From the IMG/VR virus record IMGVR_UViG_3300047157_000146: DNA of 64,000 bases; one strand, 5' to 3'. The notes below the pieces were generated by a model. The model was given only the letters and a program-made list of their open reading frames with translations. It did not search any database and was not told the origin of the DNA. The DNA is from an uncultured virus (IMG/VR IMGVR_UViG_3300047157_000146) (Duplodnaviria > Heunggongvirae > Uroviricota > Caudoviricetes). Shown here piece after piece: positions 1 through 7,868 of this stretch; within the stretch, counting starts at the first letter, position 1; each line of letters opens with the position of its first letter. A program made the translations under genes and the position numbers.

Positions 1-190
1 GAATGAAAGGTAGATTACAGAGGAATTCTAAAATGCCAATTCATTTTTCACTAGAGGAACAGAATTCTAAGGAAGATGTTAATAGTGAAAACCTTGAGAG
101 AATGGCAGGGGCCGTGACTACTACTGCTCCAGCACATGCTAAATTATTCAAACCCGCATACCGTACTAGAAAGAAAAGGAAGGATGAGTA

Positions 191-1165
191 ATGCCTAAAG
201 ATGTGAATAAGAATACTGCCAGCATCGGTGACGCTGTTATCGAAACCGTTGGTGGAGTTATCAAATTCAAGAAAGATTTTGAGGCTTGGGAGAAAAAATG
301 CAGGGGTGCAAATTCCGGCATGAAGAAGGGTTCTTTATTGTACGCAGTTGAAAACCATGTCACTAGTCCTAGAAGGGGTTCTCCTAATGATGGAAATTCC
401 GGGGCACATACCATGCTTAGAAGAATTAGGAAGATGTTAGTTGACAGGGCTAATGGAATCTTTTACGAAGAAGATGCTGAAACTCTAGAAGCGATTGTTA
501 ATGACCTAGAAGGACTAAAAGACGATGCTAGTTTGAATCCTCAAAATATTGTATTTTCAATTCCTAAGAAGTTTAATGCTAAGACCGGCTCGTATGCTAG
601 AGGTGTAGAAATGGAAAAGGTCTACGGCCACTACCTTTCTACCTTCTACTCTAAGAAATATGGTACTGCCGATAGACAAAAAGATGGGTGGGTTAGTGAT
701 AAAGAAAACACCGCTACTCCGCCAATTTACCAAGCACTTTATGGCGGAAATTTAGTTCCCGTTGGATTGGTTGATGTTTTAAATAAAGCAATTGAAGATA
801 TTGACGACCAAAACTACATCGCTACGATTAGAACTTCTAAACCTGCCAAAACTCTCCAAAGCATTCCGGATTTTAAAACGAGATTGGGTCGTGCTATTAA
901 CTCGGCAAAAACCGAAGAGGGAGTAAGTACTTCTAAAGTTATGAGGCTAATGTCCGGTAAATCATTCAAGGTTCCACCTACAGGCAAGGCACAAAAGATG
1001 CTATCTAGATACATGAAAGTTCCCGACTTAGGAGGAACCATTACTGAATTCACAATCGAGTTGACTCCGGCTAAGACTCGTAAATTGATTAAAGATTACA
1101 TGGGTTCTAACATGAGAGTAAAGGTTAGTCCGATTATTAAAAGTTGGAAGGAAGTGTTGCTATGA
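191..1165 (+). CDS. Hypothetical protein (324 aa), ends in SWKEVLL motif
   Basis: Long ORF; C-terminus IIKSWKEVLL resembles the leader shared by downstream genes; stop overlaps next ATG (ATGA). Confidence 0.6.
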   Translation: MPKDVNKNTASIGDAVIETVGGVIKFKKDFEAWEKKCRGANSGMKKGSLLYAVENHVTSPRRGSPNDGNSGAHTMLRRIRKMLVDRANGIFYEEDAETLEAIVNDLEGLKDDASLNPQNIVFSIPKKFNAKTGSYARGVEMEKVYGHYLSTFYSKKYGTADRQKDGWVSDKENTATPPIYQALYGGNLVPVGLVDVLNKAIEDIDDQNYIATIRTSKPAKTLQSIPDFKTRLGRAINSAKTEEGVSTSKVMRLMSGKSFKVPPTGKAQKMLSRYMKVPDLGGTITEFTIELTPAKTRKLIKDYMGSNMRVKVSPIIKSWKEVLL

Positions 1166-1593
1166 CATGGAAAAGTATATTGAAAAAGGACAAAATAGAG
1201 AAAGCACCATTTGGTAGATTTAAAAGGGATAAAACTCCTGCTGAACCTAAACTTACTGGTAATCAACAGAATGCTATTGAACTTGCTAAACAAAGAATGC
1301 ATCATATAGTTACTCAATTTAAAAATGACCCTGAGTTTCAAAAAGCAGGAAAATTTGCTATTAAAGTAAATACTCAAGATATACCAAAAGGCACAGATGG
1401 AAGCGACGGATATGGAAAAAAGAGAGGGTTGGTATATGATTTGAACCATTATGAAGGTAAGTTTGATGCTAATTTTATCGCAACTCATGGCATTCCCGAA
1501 TTAGAAAAATTAGGCTTTAAAGTTGAAAGAATGGGAGATATGATTCAAGCCTCAAAAGGCGACTCTAATGCTCAAAGAAAATTTGGAATATAA
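1162..1593 (+). CDS. Hypothetical cassette protein with MTWKSILK leader
   Basis: ATG 1162 overlaps upstream TGA; shared leader motif. Confidence 0.65.
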   Translation: MTWKSILKKDKIEKAPFGRFKRDKTPAEPKLTGNQQNAIELAKQRMHHIVTQFKNDPEFQKAGKFAIKVNTQDIPKGTDGSDGYGKKRGLVYDLNHYEGKFDANFIATHGIPELEKLGFKVERMGDMIQASKGDSNAQRKFGI

Positions 1594-1594
1594 A

Positions 1595-1885
1595 AAGGTG
1601 AATAATATGACATGGAAAGACGAGATTAAGAAATCAGAAAAAATTGATTTTTCATTTTTAGAAAGAGAGAAAGGCCACGCTAAAAAGGAGTTTACCCGAA
1701 CTTTGCGTGATTGGGCAGATGCAATTGATAACGGATATAAAGATAAGTTGTTTGAACATGAATCATCAAAAGAGGCTATTACAATGGTTATGAGAGGTCT
1801 TAGATTAATACGGACAAAAAATAGACTTTTTTATGCTACCCTTGAGAGAGAGAAAACGGAAGGTGAATAATATGACTTGGGAAGA
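1595..1885 (+). repeat. Gene-junction direct repeat AAGGTGAATAATATGACWTGGRAAGA (1595-1620, 1860-1885)
   Basis: 24/26 identical by eye; TATGACATGGAAA also shared between 1161-1173 and 1606-1618. Confidence 0.8.
1607..1870 (+). CDS. Hypothetical cassette protein with MTWKDEIKK leader
   Basis: AGGTGA RBS upstream of ATG 1607; shared leader. Confidence 0.65.
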   Translation: MTWKDEIKKSEKIDFSFLEREKGHAKKEFTRTLRDWADAIDNGYKDKLFEHESSKEAITMVMRGLRLIRTKNRLFYATLEREKTEGE

Positions 1886-2117
1886 TATACTAAAAGAAAT
1901 GACTCTAGATGAAATAGAGGAAATCGTTGGAAAGACGGGAAGTTTAGATGAACTGATTGAAATGATTGAAAAGAAGTTCGCAGTGAAGACTAAGATGATT
2001 TCAAGTTCTTCCTCTTCTCCTATGATTGGATTCTCCATACCTATCTATGTTTCACTAGAGATGGTTGGAAATAAGACCGAAGAATTTGAAATTATTAGTA
2101 CAGGTGTGCAGAAATGA
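1872..2117 (+). CDS. Hypothetical cassette protein with MTWEDILK leader
   Basis: AGGTGA RBS, ATG 1872; shared leader. Confidence 0.65.
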   Translation: MTWEDILKEMTLDEIEEIVGKTGSLDELIEMIEKKFAVKTKMISSSSSSPMIGFSIPIYVSLEMVGNKTEEFEIISTGVQK

Positions 2118-2893
2118 GTTGGAAATATATACTAAAAAGAGTTGACTACAACGACTTAGATGATGGTAGTAAAAGCCGAATTGCACATGCCCTAACCGGA
2201 GATGAAGTATATTTTGAATTGACTGATTTATACGGGGATTTTCCTCTTTACGGTGTAGAATCTATGGATGATTTACCTAAAGGAATGGGTTTCCCTAAAC
2301 ACTTTAAATTATATTCCGAAGGTGATATGGAAATATCTGAAGAGCAAGGAGAATACCCATCTCTTTACACAAACATTAGCGTCTATGTTAAAAATCCTAA
2401 CGACAAAAAAGAATCATATTATTTGGGTCATTTTAAGGAAGAACAAAACATTGCAGATTTAGAGCATATTCTAAGAGATAATCAAGATTTGGCTACTCTT
2501 CAAGAACTAATGTTAGTTCCGGATTTCAAGTTTGCTTCATGGAAGAATACATTTATGGATGCAGACTACAACAAACTAGTTGCCTATCTAAAAGAAACTA
2601 ACAAATGGGAAAAGATTAGCCACATCGAAGATAAAATGATGAAACTTCCCAAAGTCAGTCACAGTAAAGAAGTTGATAACTGGCTAGAGGAAGCAGAAGA
2701 TTATGCTAGTCAAAAGTTTGAACAGTCTTATTCTAGAGATGATGAATCGTCTATAGGAACGGCTCAAGAGTTTTACAAACTTCTAGAATATTTGAGAACA
2801 AATAAGGAAACTTCGTGGAACGAAAGTGATTTGAAAAGAAAATTCCCTACGGCTATGTTGATTGTTTCGGAAACTTTAGGCGGACTACCATAA
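2114..2893 (+). CDS. Hypothetical acidic cassette protein with MSWKYILK leader
   Basis: 259-aa ORF, ATGA overlap, shared leader. Confidence 0.65.
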   Translation: MSWKYILKRVDYNDLDDGSKSRIAHALTGDEVYFELTDLYGDFPLYGVESMDDLPKGMGFPKHFKLYSEGDMEISEEQGEYPSLYTNISVYVKNPNDKKESYYLGHFKEEQNIADLEHILRDNQDLATLQELMLVPDFKFASWKNTFMDADYNKLVAYLKETNKWEKISHIEDKMMKLPKVSHSKEVDNWLEEAEDYASQKFEQSYSRDDESSIGTAQEFYKLLEYLRTNKETSWNESDLKRKFPTAMLIVSETLGGLP

Positions 2894-2903
2894 GGTGATT
2901 ACA

Positions 2904-3567
2904 ATGAGAAGAAAGAGTTGTGCCTTTTGTCAACACAGTGATGTTGATTCCATGGAGGCCGACTTAGAATCCCTTACTATTACTCCCGATGAATTAGATG
3001 CAAGGAACAACTGGAGAAGCGGAACTGCGGCCCAACATCAAAGAAATCACATGGGAGAATATGTGCAACAGCAGTAATCCAAAGTGTGCAAGTTATGTGT
3101 AGACCCAATGAGGGAAGACACTATGAGAAGGCAATTACAAGGGTAATATCACAAGTGAGGTCATTTCTTCCGCTTGGACCTCTCTAAAACACAGGTGCAA
3201 CGCCACATGTTAAGCACCACTTTACAGCCCATTGGTACAGCAATCTGCGGCGGCTATGATAGCGAAAAAGGAAGTAAATGAGGTTGATTTGCTATCAAAT
3301 AACATTCAATTGCTAGATGATAAATTCACCGAGACTTGTTCATTAGATATGATTTAGATGCTAAGAGAGATTGATAGTCTTACTAAGTTCGCAAGAGAAG
3401 TTCGGGAGTCTTTGAAAGTACCTGATGGAGTTCAAAGGAAAACTTGTCCACAAGCGACAAGATACAATTATTGTCGCACAGATGCAGGTTGTTCAAGAAG
3501 TGTTAGCACAGAACAATCCGGAGATTTGGCTTGATATTAAAAGAAAATGCAGGAGAGATTACAATGA
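2904..3567 (+). CDS. Frameshifted CxxC/HTH-containing protein, possibly terminase small subunit (indels probably assembly errors)
   Basis: Starts MRRKSCAFCQH; continues across frames (SALDLSKTQVQRH; KGKLVHKRQDTIIVAQMQVVQEVLAQNNPEIWLDIK) and ends KMQERLQ*. TerS call is weak, from position and HTH-like character only. Confidence 0.4.
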
Positions 3568-3929
3568 GTTGGAAAAAAATAGTTAAAAGAAAAAGCAAAA
3601 AACTTAATGTCGAAGATAGTAATATTTTTAATAAGTTTGTAAAAGACTTAACAGATGGTTTAATTGATAGAGAATTACAAGACCATTTAAGCAGAACAAC
3701 TTCCGACGACCCGCAATATAAAAATCACGAAATTGCTCTCAAAGAAGTTTTGTATGATGATTTATCTGACAATATTGCAGACAGATTAGCAGACGCTATT
3801 GAAACAGTAGTTTTCAAAGAAGGAAGAATAGATTATGATGATAATGCCTCATCATCGGGCATACTCGTTTTAATTGAAGCAATAGATAAAAATGAGAAAG
3901 AATTAGAATCTAAAAATTTAGAATGGTGA
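3564..3929 (+). CDS. Cassette 1, hypothetical (MSWKKIVK leader)
   Basis: ATG inside repeat copy 1. Confidence 0.7.
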   Translation: MSWKKIVKRKSKKLNVEDSNIFNKFVKDLTDGLIDRELQDHLSRTTSDDPQYKNHEIALKEVLYDDLSDNIADRLADAIETVVFKEGRIDYDDNASSSGILVLIEAIDKNEKELESKNLEW

Positions 3930-3942
3930 AGGAGAGATTACA

Positions 3943-4347
3943 ATGAGTTGGAAAAAAATATTGAAAGCATACAAATTCGGAGAGGACATTCCTTTTATTT
4001 ATGTCATTCCTGCCTTTCCCTTTGAAACAGGCGGAACTTTTGTTGATAAAGCAAAAGACCCTAAATATCAAGAACAGTATGAGTTTCTTAAAGAAACCTT
4101 TAAAATTACAGGAGAAGAAATGCTTGACATTGAAGGTGATTTAATGAGAGTGGCAACATTTGCTTTACACTTTGGAGAAAAGTATAAAGGAACATTTTGT
4201 ATGAAGCATAATTATGGCCCTATTGATACTTGGTATGATTGTGGAAAATGCTTAAAGGAATCTAAGAATGGTGAAAGAGATAGCATAGACTTAGAACACT
4301 CTAGGCTAACGGCTAAACAAGCATTTGATAAGTTTAGAACAAACTAG
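3943..4347 (+). CDS. Cassette 2, hypothetical with Cys cluster (C..CGKC) (MSWKKILK leader)
   Basis: ATG inside repeat copy 2. Confidence 0.7.
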   Translation: MSWKKILKAYKFGEDIPFIYVIPAFPFETGGTFVDKAKDPKYQEQYEFLKETFKITGEEMLDIEGDLMRVATFALHFGEKYKGTFCMKHNYGPIDTWYDCGKCLKESKNGERDSIDLEHSRLTAKQAFDKFRTN

Positions 4348-4358
4348 GAGAGATTACA

Positions 4359-4676
4359 ATGAGTTGGGAAGACATATTGAAAAATGCTTGGTATGTTAGA
4401 GATGGAGATGCCCCTTTGCACGACCATGTTCACGAACTACTTTTCTTTATGGCTTACAATGAAGACCCTAAATTAAAACAAGCAGGTGAGGCTTTATTGA
4501 ATAAATTTGATGAATACTATGAAAGGGTAGAGGATAAAGATAAGTTAAATGACCTTTACTCTCCCGAATTTTTTAGTTTTCAAAGCAACTTAAAGAAACT
4601 CGCAAAGGCAGTTACTTCAAAGATGGGATTAAGAGAACAGTATTTGCATTTGATTGAAGCAAAGAGATTGATGTAG
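4359..4676 (+). CDS. Cassette 3, hypothetical helical protein (MSWEDILK leader)
   Basis: ATG inside repeat copy 3. Confidence 0.7.
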   Translation: MSWEDILKNAWYVRDGDAPLHDHVHELLFFMAYNEDPKLKQAGEALLNKFDEYYERVEDKDKLNDLYSPEFFSFQSNLKKLAKAVTSKMGLREQYLHLIEAKRLM

Positions 4677-4687
4677 GAGAGATTACA

Positions 4688-4936
4688 ATGAGTTGGAAAG
4701 ACCTAGTTAAGGGAGAGAAAGAATACTCATTCTATCTCGGACAAATTGAAAAGATAGAAAAAATGCTAGAAAGACTGTATGAAGATATAGAAAAATCCGC
4801 TATTGAAATGAATAAAAAAACAGGCTTACCAATAGAACAGGCAAGAAACATAATTAAAAATGTGCAAGAAGGCACTATTGATGAAATAGAAAAAACACTT
4901 GAAGAATTTAAACAAAAATTAGAAAGGTCATTCTAG
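4688..4936 (+). CDS. Cassette 4, coiled-coil hypothetical (MSWKDLVK leader)
   Basis: ATG inside repeat copy 4. Confidence 0.7.
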   Translation: MSWKDLVKGEKEYSFYLGQIEKIEKMLERLYEDIEKSAIEMNKKTGLPIEQARNIIKNVQEGTIDEIEKTLEEFKQKLERSF

Positions 4937-4947
4937 GAGAGATTATA

Positions 4948-5208
4948 ATGAGTTGGGAAGATATTATTAAAAGGCCAAGTGAAGAGGAAGTGAGAAGTGA
5001 TGCTCAACGAAACGCAGATGAATTAAACAAGCCCGTTTACTTATTTCAAAGTGCATTAAATAGTCAGTGGTTGTTTTATGACGAGCCGCCTAAAGACAAT
5101 ATTAAATATGAAACAATTTATCCTACTAATCCTACTGTTAGAATAGAAGAGGGTGCAAAATTCTCAGAGGCGTTTCGAGAAACGGAAGGAATGGACACTA
5201 GTAAGTAA
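4948..5208 (+). CDS. Cassette 5, hypothetical (MSWEDIIK leader)
   Basis: ATG inside repeat copy 5. Confidence 0.7.
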   Translation: MSWEDIIKRPSEEEVRSDAQRNADELNKPVYLFQSALNSQWLFYDEPPKDNIKYETIYPTNPTVRIEEGAKFSEAFRETEGMDTSK

Positions 5209-5222
5209 AAGGAGAGGTTACA

Positions 5223-5705
5223 ATTAGTTGGCAAAGTATTTTGAAAGCCCCATATTCTGTTGGTGGAACAGAAACCTCTTTTTTATATCAAGGAAGCCAA
5301 TTAGAAGAAGATACAGGTTATTGGACTCCTTATTATAATCAAGCAGTTGTTTATGCAGTTTATGGTTCAGAAGCAAATATAAAAAAACCCATGAAAAATG
5401 TGGGAAAACCTACCATAAAACAAGCAAAAGAAACTAAAGAAAATATTGATTTGAAAGATGACCCCGAAAAAACAATGGCGGGTATGGGTAAGTTAGATTA
5501 TACTTTAGTTTCCGATAAAGTAGTCAAAGACGCAATAGATGAATTAATTGGAGAATTAGAGTTTATTGGTTACGATGATTTTGAAAGTAATGGAGTTAAT
5601 TATGCTTCACCCGAACAGTTTAATCAAATAATGGAAACTACTGCACAGTTCTATTCAAACGAAGAAAGAATACAACACGCTAAGAAAATGCAGGAGAGAA
5701 TATAA
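5223..5705 (+). CDS. Cassette 6, hypothetical; leader (I)SWQSILK with ATT in place of ATG
   Basis: Repeat copy 6 reads ATT AGT TGG CAA AGT ATT TTG AAA, in frame with ORF 5241..5705. Confidence 0.55.
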   Translation: MSWQSILKAPYSVGGTETSFLYQGSQLEEDTGYWTPYYNQAVVYAVYGSEANIKKPMKNVGKPTIKQAKETKENIDLKDDPEKTMAGMGKLDYTLVSDKVVKDAIDELIGELEFIGYDDFESNGVNYASPEQFNQIMETTAQFYSNEERIQHAKKMQERI

Positions 5706-5866
5706 TGAGTTGGAAAAGTGTTCTCAAAAGACAAACCAAACTCCCTAAAGAACTTACAGAAGGCGCTACCGTATCTACAATTCCAGCAGAAGAGTGGGGA
5801 AATGAACCCAAGAAAACCCCACCGTCGAAGGAAGATGCTACAGCCCGTCAGAAAAAGTTAGATTGA
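5705..5866 (+). CDS. Cassette 7, 53-aa hypothetical (MSWKSVLKRQTKL...), absent from ORF track
   Basis: Hand-translated from ATG in repeat copy 7 to TGA 5864-5866. Confidence 0.6.
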   Translation: MSWKSVLKRQTKLPKELTEGATVSTIPAEEWGNEPKKTPPSKEDATARQKKLD

Positions 5867-5915
5867 CAGTTCATTTATTATAGAGTGGACTATTGCCTTT
5901 ATTCGGGGAAACGAT

Positions 5916-7868
5916 ATGACAATAAAAAAACAGGCATCTCATCGTAGCGAAAACATTGCCGGTGTTCCTTATACCCCTCGTACACTATTTAGAGCCTTAG
6001 CAAGAGAAGGTGGAGAGGAGCCTTTGATTGCCCATCTACAACAAAAGGGACAAAGAGGGCCTAGTGGAGATGCTAGTAAAATAATGGATGCTTTGAAAAC
6101 CATTACAATTAGTGGTGGTGTTCGTTCATCGGTTAGTGATGCCCTCAAAAATCAAGAAGAATTTACTAGCGTCATTGAACCCCTTGCTGAAAAACTAGGA
6201 ATGAAACCTACCAAACTAAGGCGAATTTTGACTCCAAAAATAGCCATGCTATTTCAAGCACAACCGAAGGCTGAAAGCAATGCTGAGTTCTTCAAAAGAA
6301 TTACCAATGATGGTCTTAATGAAGAAGACATAGACAAGTTAATGACTTATGTTTTGAATGATGATGCTCAAAACCTATCAAGAGAACTAGGCAAGGCAAA
6401 CATAGACAAGTATGTTTTAATTGAAAGCATTGAAGACTATTATGGTTCTTTAAGGAATTCTAAACCACAAAGCGATGAAGAGTTTGAATCCTCGGCACAA
6501 GTTTCTTGGTTAAGATACAAAGCAACCTACAGTGTTGGGAAAGATAGACCTAAAGGTAATCCGAAAGGTGCAGGTAAAAGAACTGGATTTATTCTATTGG
6601 AAGAATTAGACGATAATGATAGTGTCAAGGAAAGAGAGGCTCAAGTTAGAGAGGCTATAGAAGAAAACCAAGACTTGACAGACTTCGATAGAGTAATTTA
6701 CGAAATAGAATATCCTCCTGTTTATGAAAAAATGTTTGGAAAGAGAGATATAAAAATGACTTTAGAAAATGACCAAGAATTAGCCCCTAAGTCTGGCCTT
6801 ACTAGGTCGGATGTAGTAATTTACATAGAAAGAATATCTTCTATGAAAAAGAAGTCCCTCCTCCTACCTAAGTTGGGAGTTCATTCGGTAGTCTCTACTT
6901 TTTTCAGTAGCAATACAATCAATCCAGTCCTACTAAAACTACTAAACTATGAAGGTACAGAAGTAGTTGATTCTATTTTAAATTCTATAATTCAATCTTA
7001 TTATATTCCAAATATTGACATTGCAGAAATATTTCAAAATTTAGATTTCAAGGGGAGAAAGGAATGGGTAAAAATAGAAGCAGAAGATGATAGAATCGAA
7101 AATTATTATCTTAGAGATGATTTGTGGAATGTAATAGAACCCCTAATTACCGGAGAATGGAACAACATAGAAAATTGGACTAATAAATTAACCGAAGAAA
7201 TTAGAGGGGATATAGAAGATTCTATAGAAGACCTATCGAGCGACTTTATGGATAAAGTCGATATAAGGGGGGGTCTTGTCAAAATTCCAAGAAAGGATGG
7301 AAACGCCACAATTGACTTCGTTGAAATCATAGAAGAAAATATTCATACTATAGAATCCCTGAATTCTTTGCCTTCTTCAAGTTCAGTAAAAAATCCAGTG
7401 GTGGCTAGAACATTAGAGAGTCCCATAAACAGGCAAATTTTCGCTCTATTTGCTGAAAAAATTGAAGGCAAGGGTGATGTAGATGCCAAGGGAGTATTTG
7501 AATTTGATGAGTCTGCTATGGATGCTGCTTACGGCGGGAGATTAGAACCTGCTAAAGGGTTGGCTATACTAACTAATTTTTCTTATTTATTAGATGATTC
7601 TATAGAACCTCTCGCTATCAATTTAGATAAGTCAATAGATAAATACATCGAAACTGCTGACCGAAAACTGCTAACTGAAATTGAAGGCGATATTGAAAAC
7701 TTTAGGATAAACTTAGGAAAGTCATTACAAAGAGTCATTAATACCTTAGTAGAAGGAGTAGAAAATAAACTACAAGATATATCTTCTAGATTTAGATTTT
7801 ATGTCAATGAAGTTGGACAGGAATTATATGATGAATTGACTGACAGTGGATTAATGGAGGAAGCATAA
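5916..7868 (+). CDS. Large acidic hypothetical protein (650 aa), possible internal virion protein
   Basis: Long ORF, no recognised motif, in head-gene region. Confidence 0.55.
   Translation: MTIKKQASHRSENIAGVPYTPRTLFRALAREGGEEPLIAHLQQKGQRGPSGDASKIMDALKTITISGGVRSSVSDALKNQEEFTSVIEPLAEKLGMKPTKLRRILTPKIAMLFQAQPKAESNAEFFKRITNDGLNEEDIDKLMTYVLNDDAQNLSRELGKANIDKYVLIESIEDYYGSLRNSKPQSDEEFESSAQVSWLRYKATYSVGKDRPKGNPKGAGKRTGFILLEELDDNDSVKEREAQVREAIEENQDLTDFDRVIYEIEYPPVYEKMFGKRDIKMTLENDQELAPKSGLTRSDVVIYIERISSMKKKSLLLPKLGVHSVVSTFFSSNTINPVLLKLLNYEGTEVVDSILNSIIQSYYIPNIDIAEIFQNLDFKGRKEWVKIEAEDDRIENYYLRDDLWNVIEPLITGEWNNIENWTNKLTEEIRGDIEDSIEDLSSDFMDKVDIRGGLVKIPRKDGNATIDFVEIIEENIHTIESLNSLPSSSSVKNPVVARTLESPINRQIFALFAEKIEGKGDVDAKGVFEFDESAMDAAYGGRLEPAKGLAILTNFSYLLDDSIEPLAINLDKSIDKYIETADRKLLTEIEGDIENFRINLGKSLQRVINTLVEGVENKLQDISSRFRFYVNEVGQELYDELTDSGLMEEA

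Larger units (their letters stand above)
3551..5713 (+). repeat. Array of seven 22-bp direct repeats AGGAGAGATTACAATGAGTTGG separating single small genes
   Basis: Copies at 3551, 3930, 4346, 4675 (identical), 4935 (1 mismatch), 5210 (2), 5692 (2); each contains RBS, start codon and M-S-W codons. Confidence 0.95.

Noticed and set aside
3060..3545. Genuine pseudogene or programmed frameshifting in the anchor gene
   Set aside because: Dense scattered single-base indels with coding sense preserved across frames look like local long-read or low-coverage errors; cannot be excluded without reads
3551..5713. CRISPR array
   Set aside because: Spacers are 240-460 bp whole genes of variable length; repeats are non-palindromic and contain RBS and start; no cas1/cas2 (the Cas4-like gene is a stand-alone replication-module nuclease)
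3551..5713. Classical integron with attC sites
   Set aside because: No inverted RYYYAAC/GTTRRRY cores or hairpins between genes, and no tyrosine recombinase seen in the window
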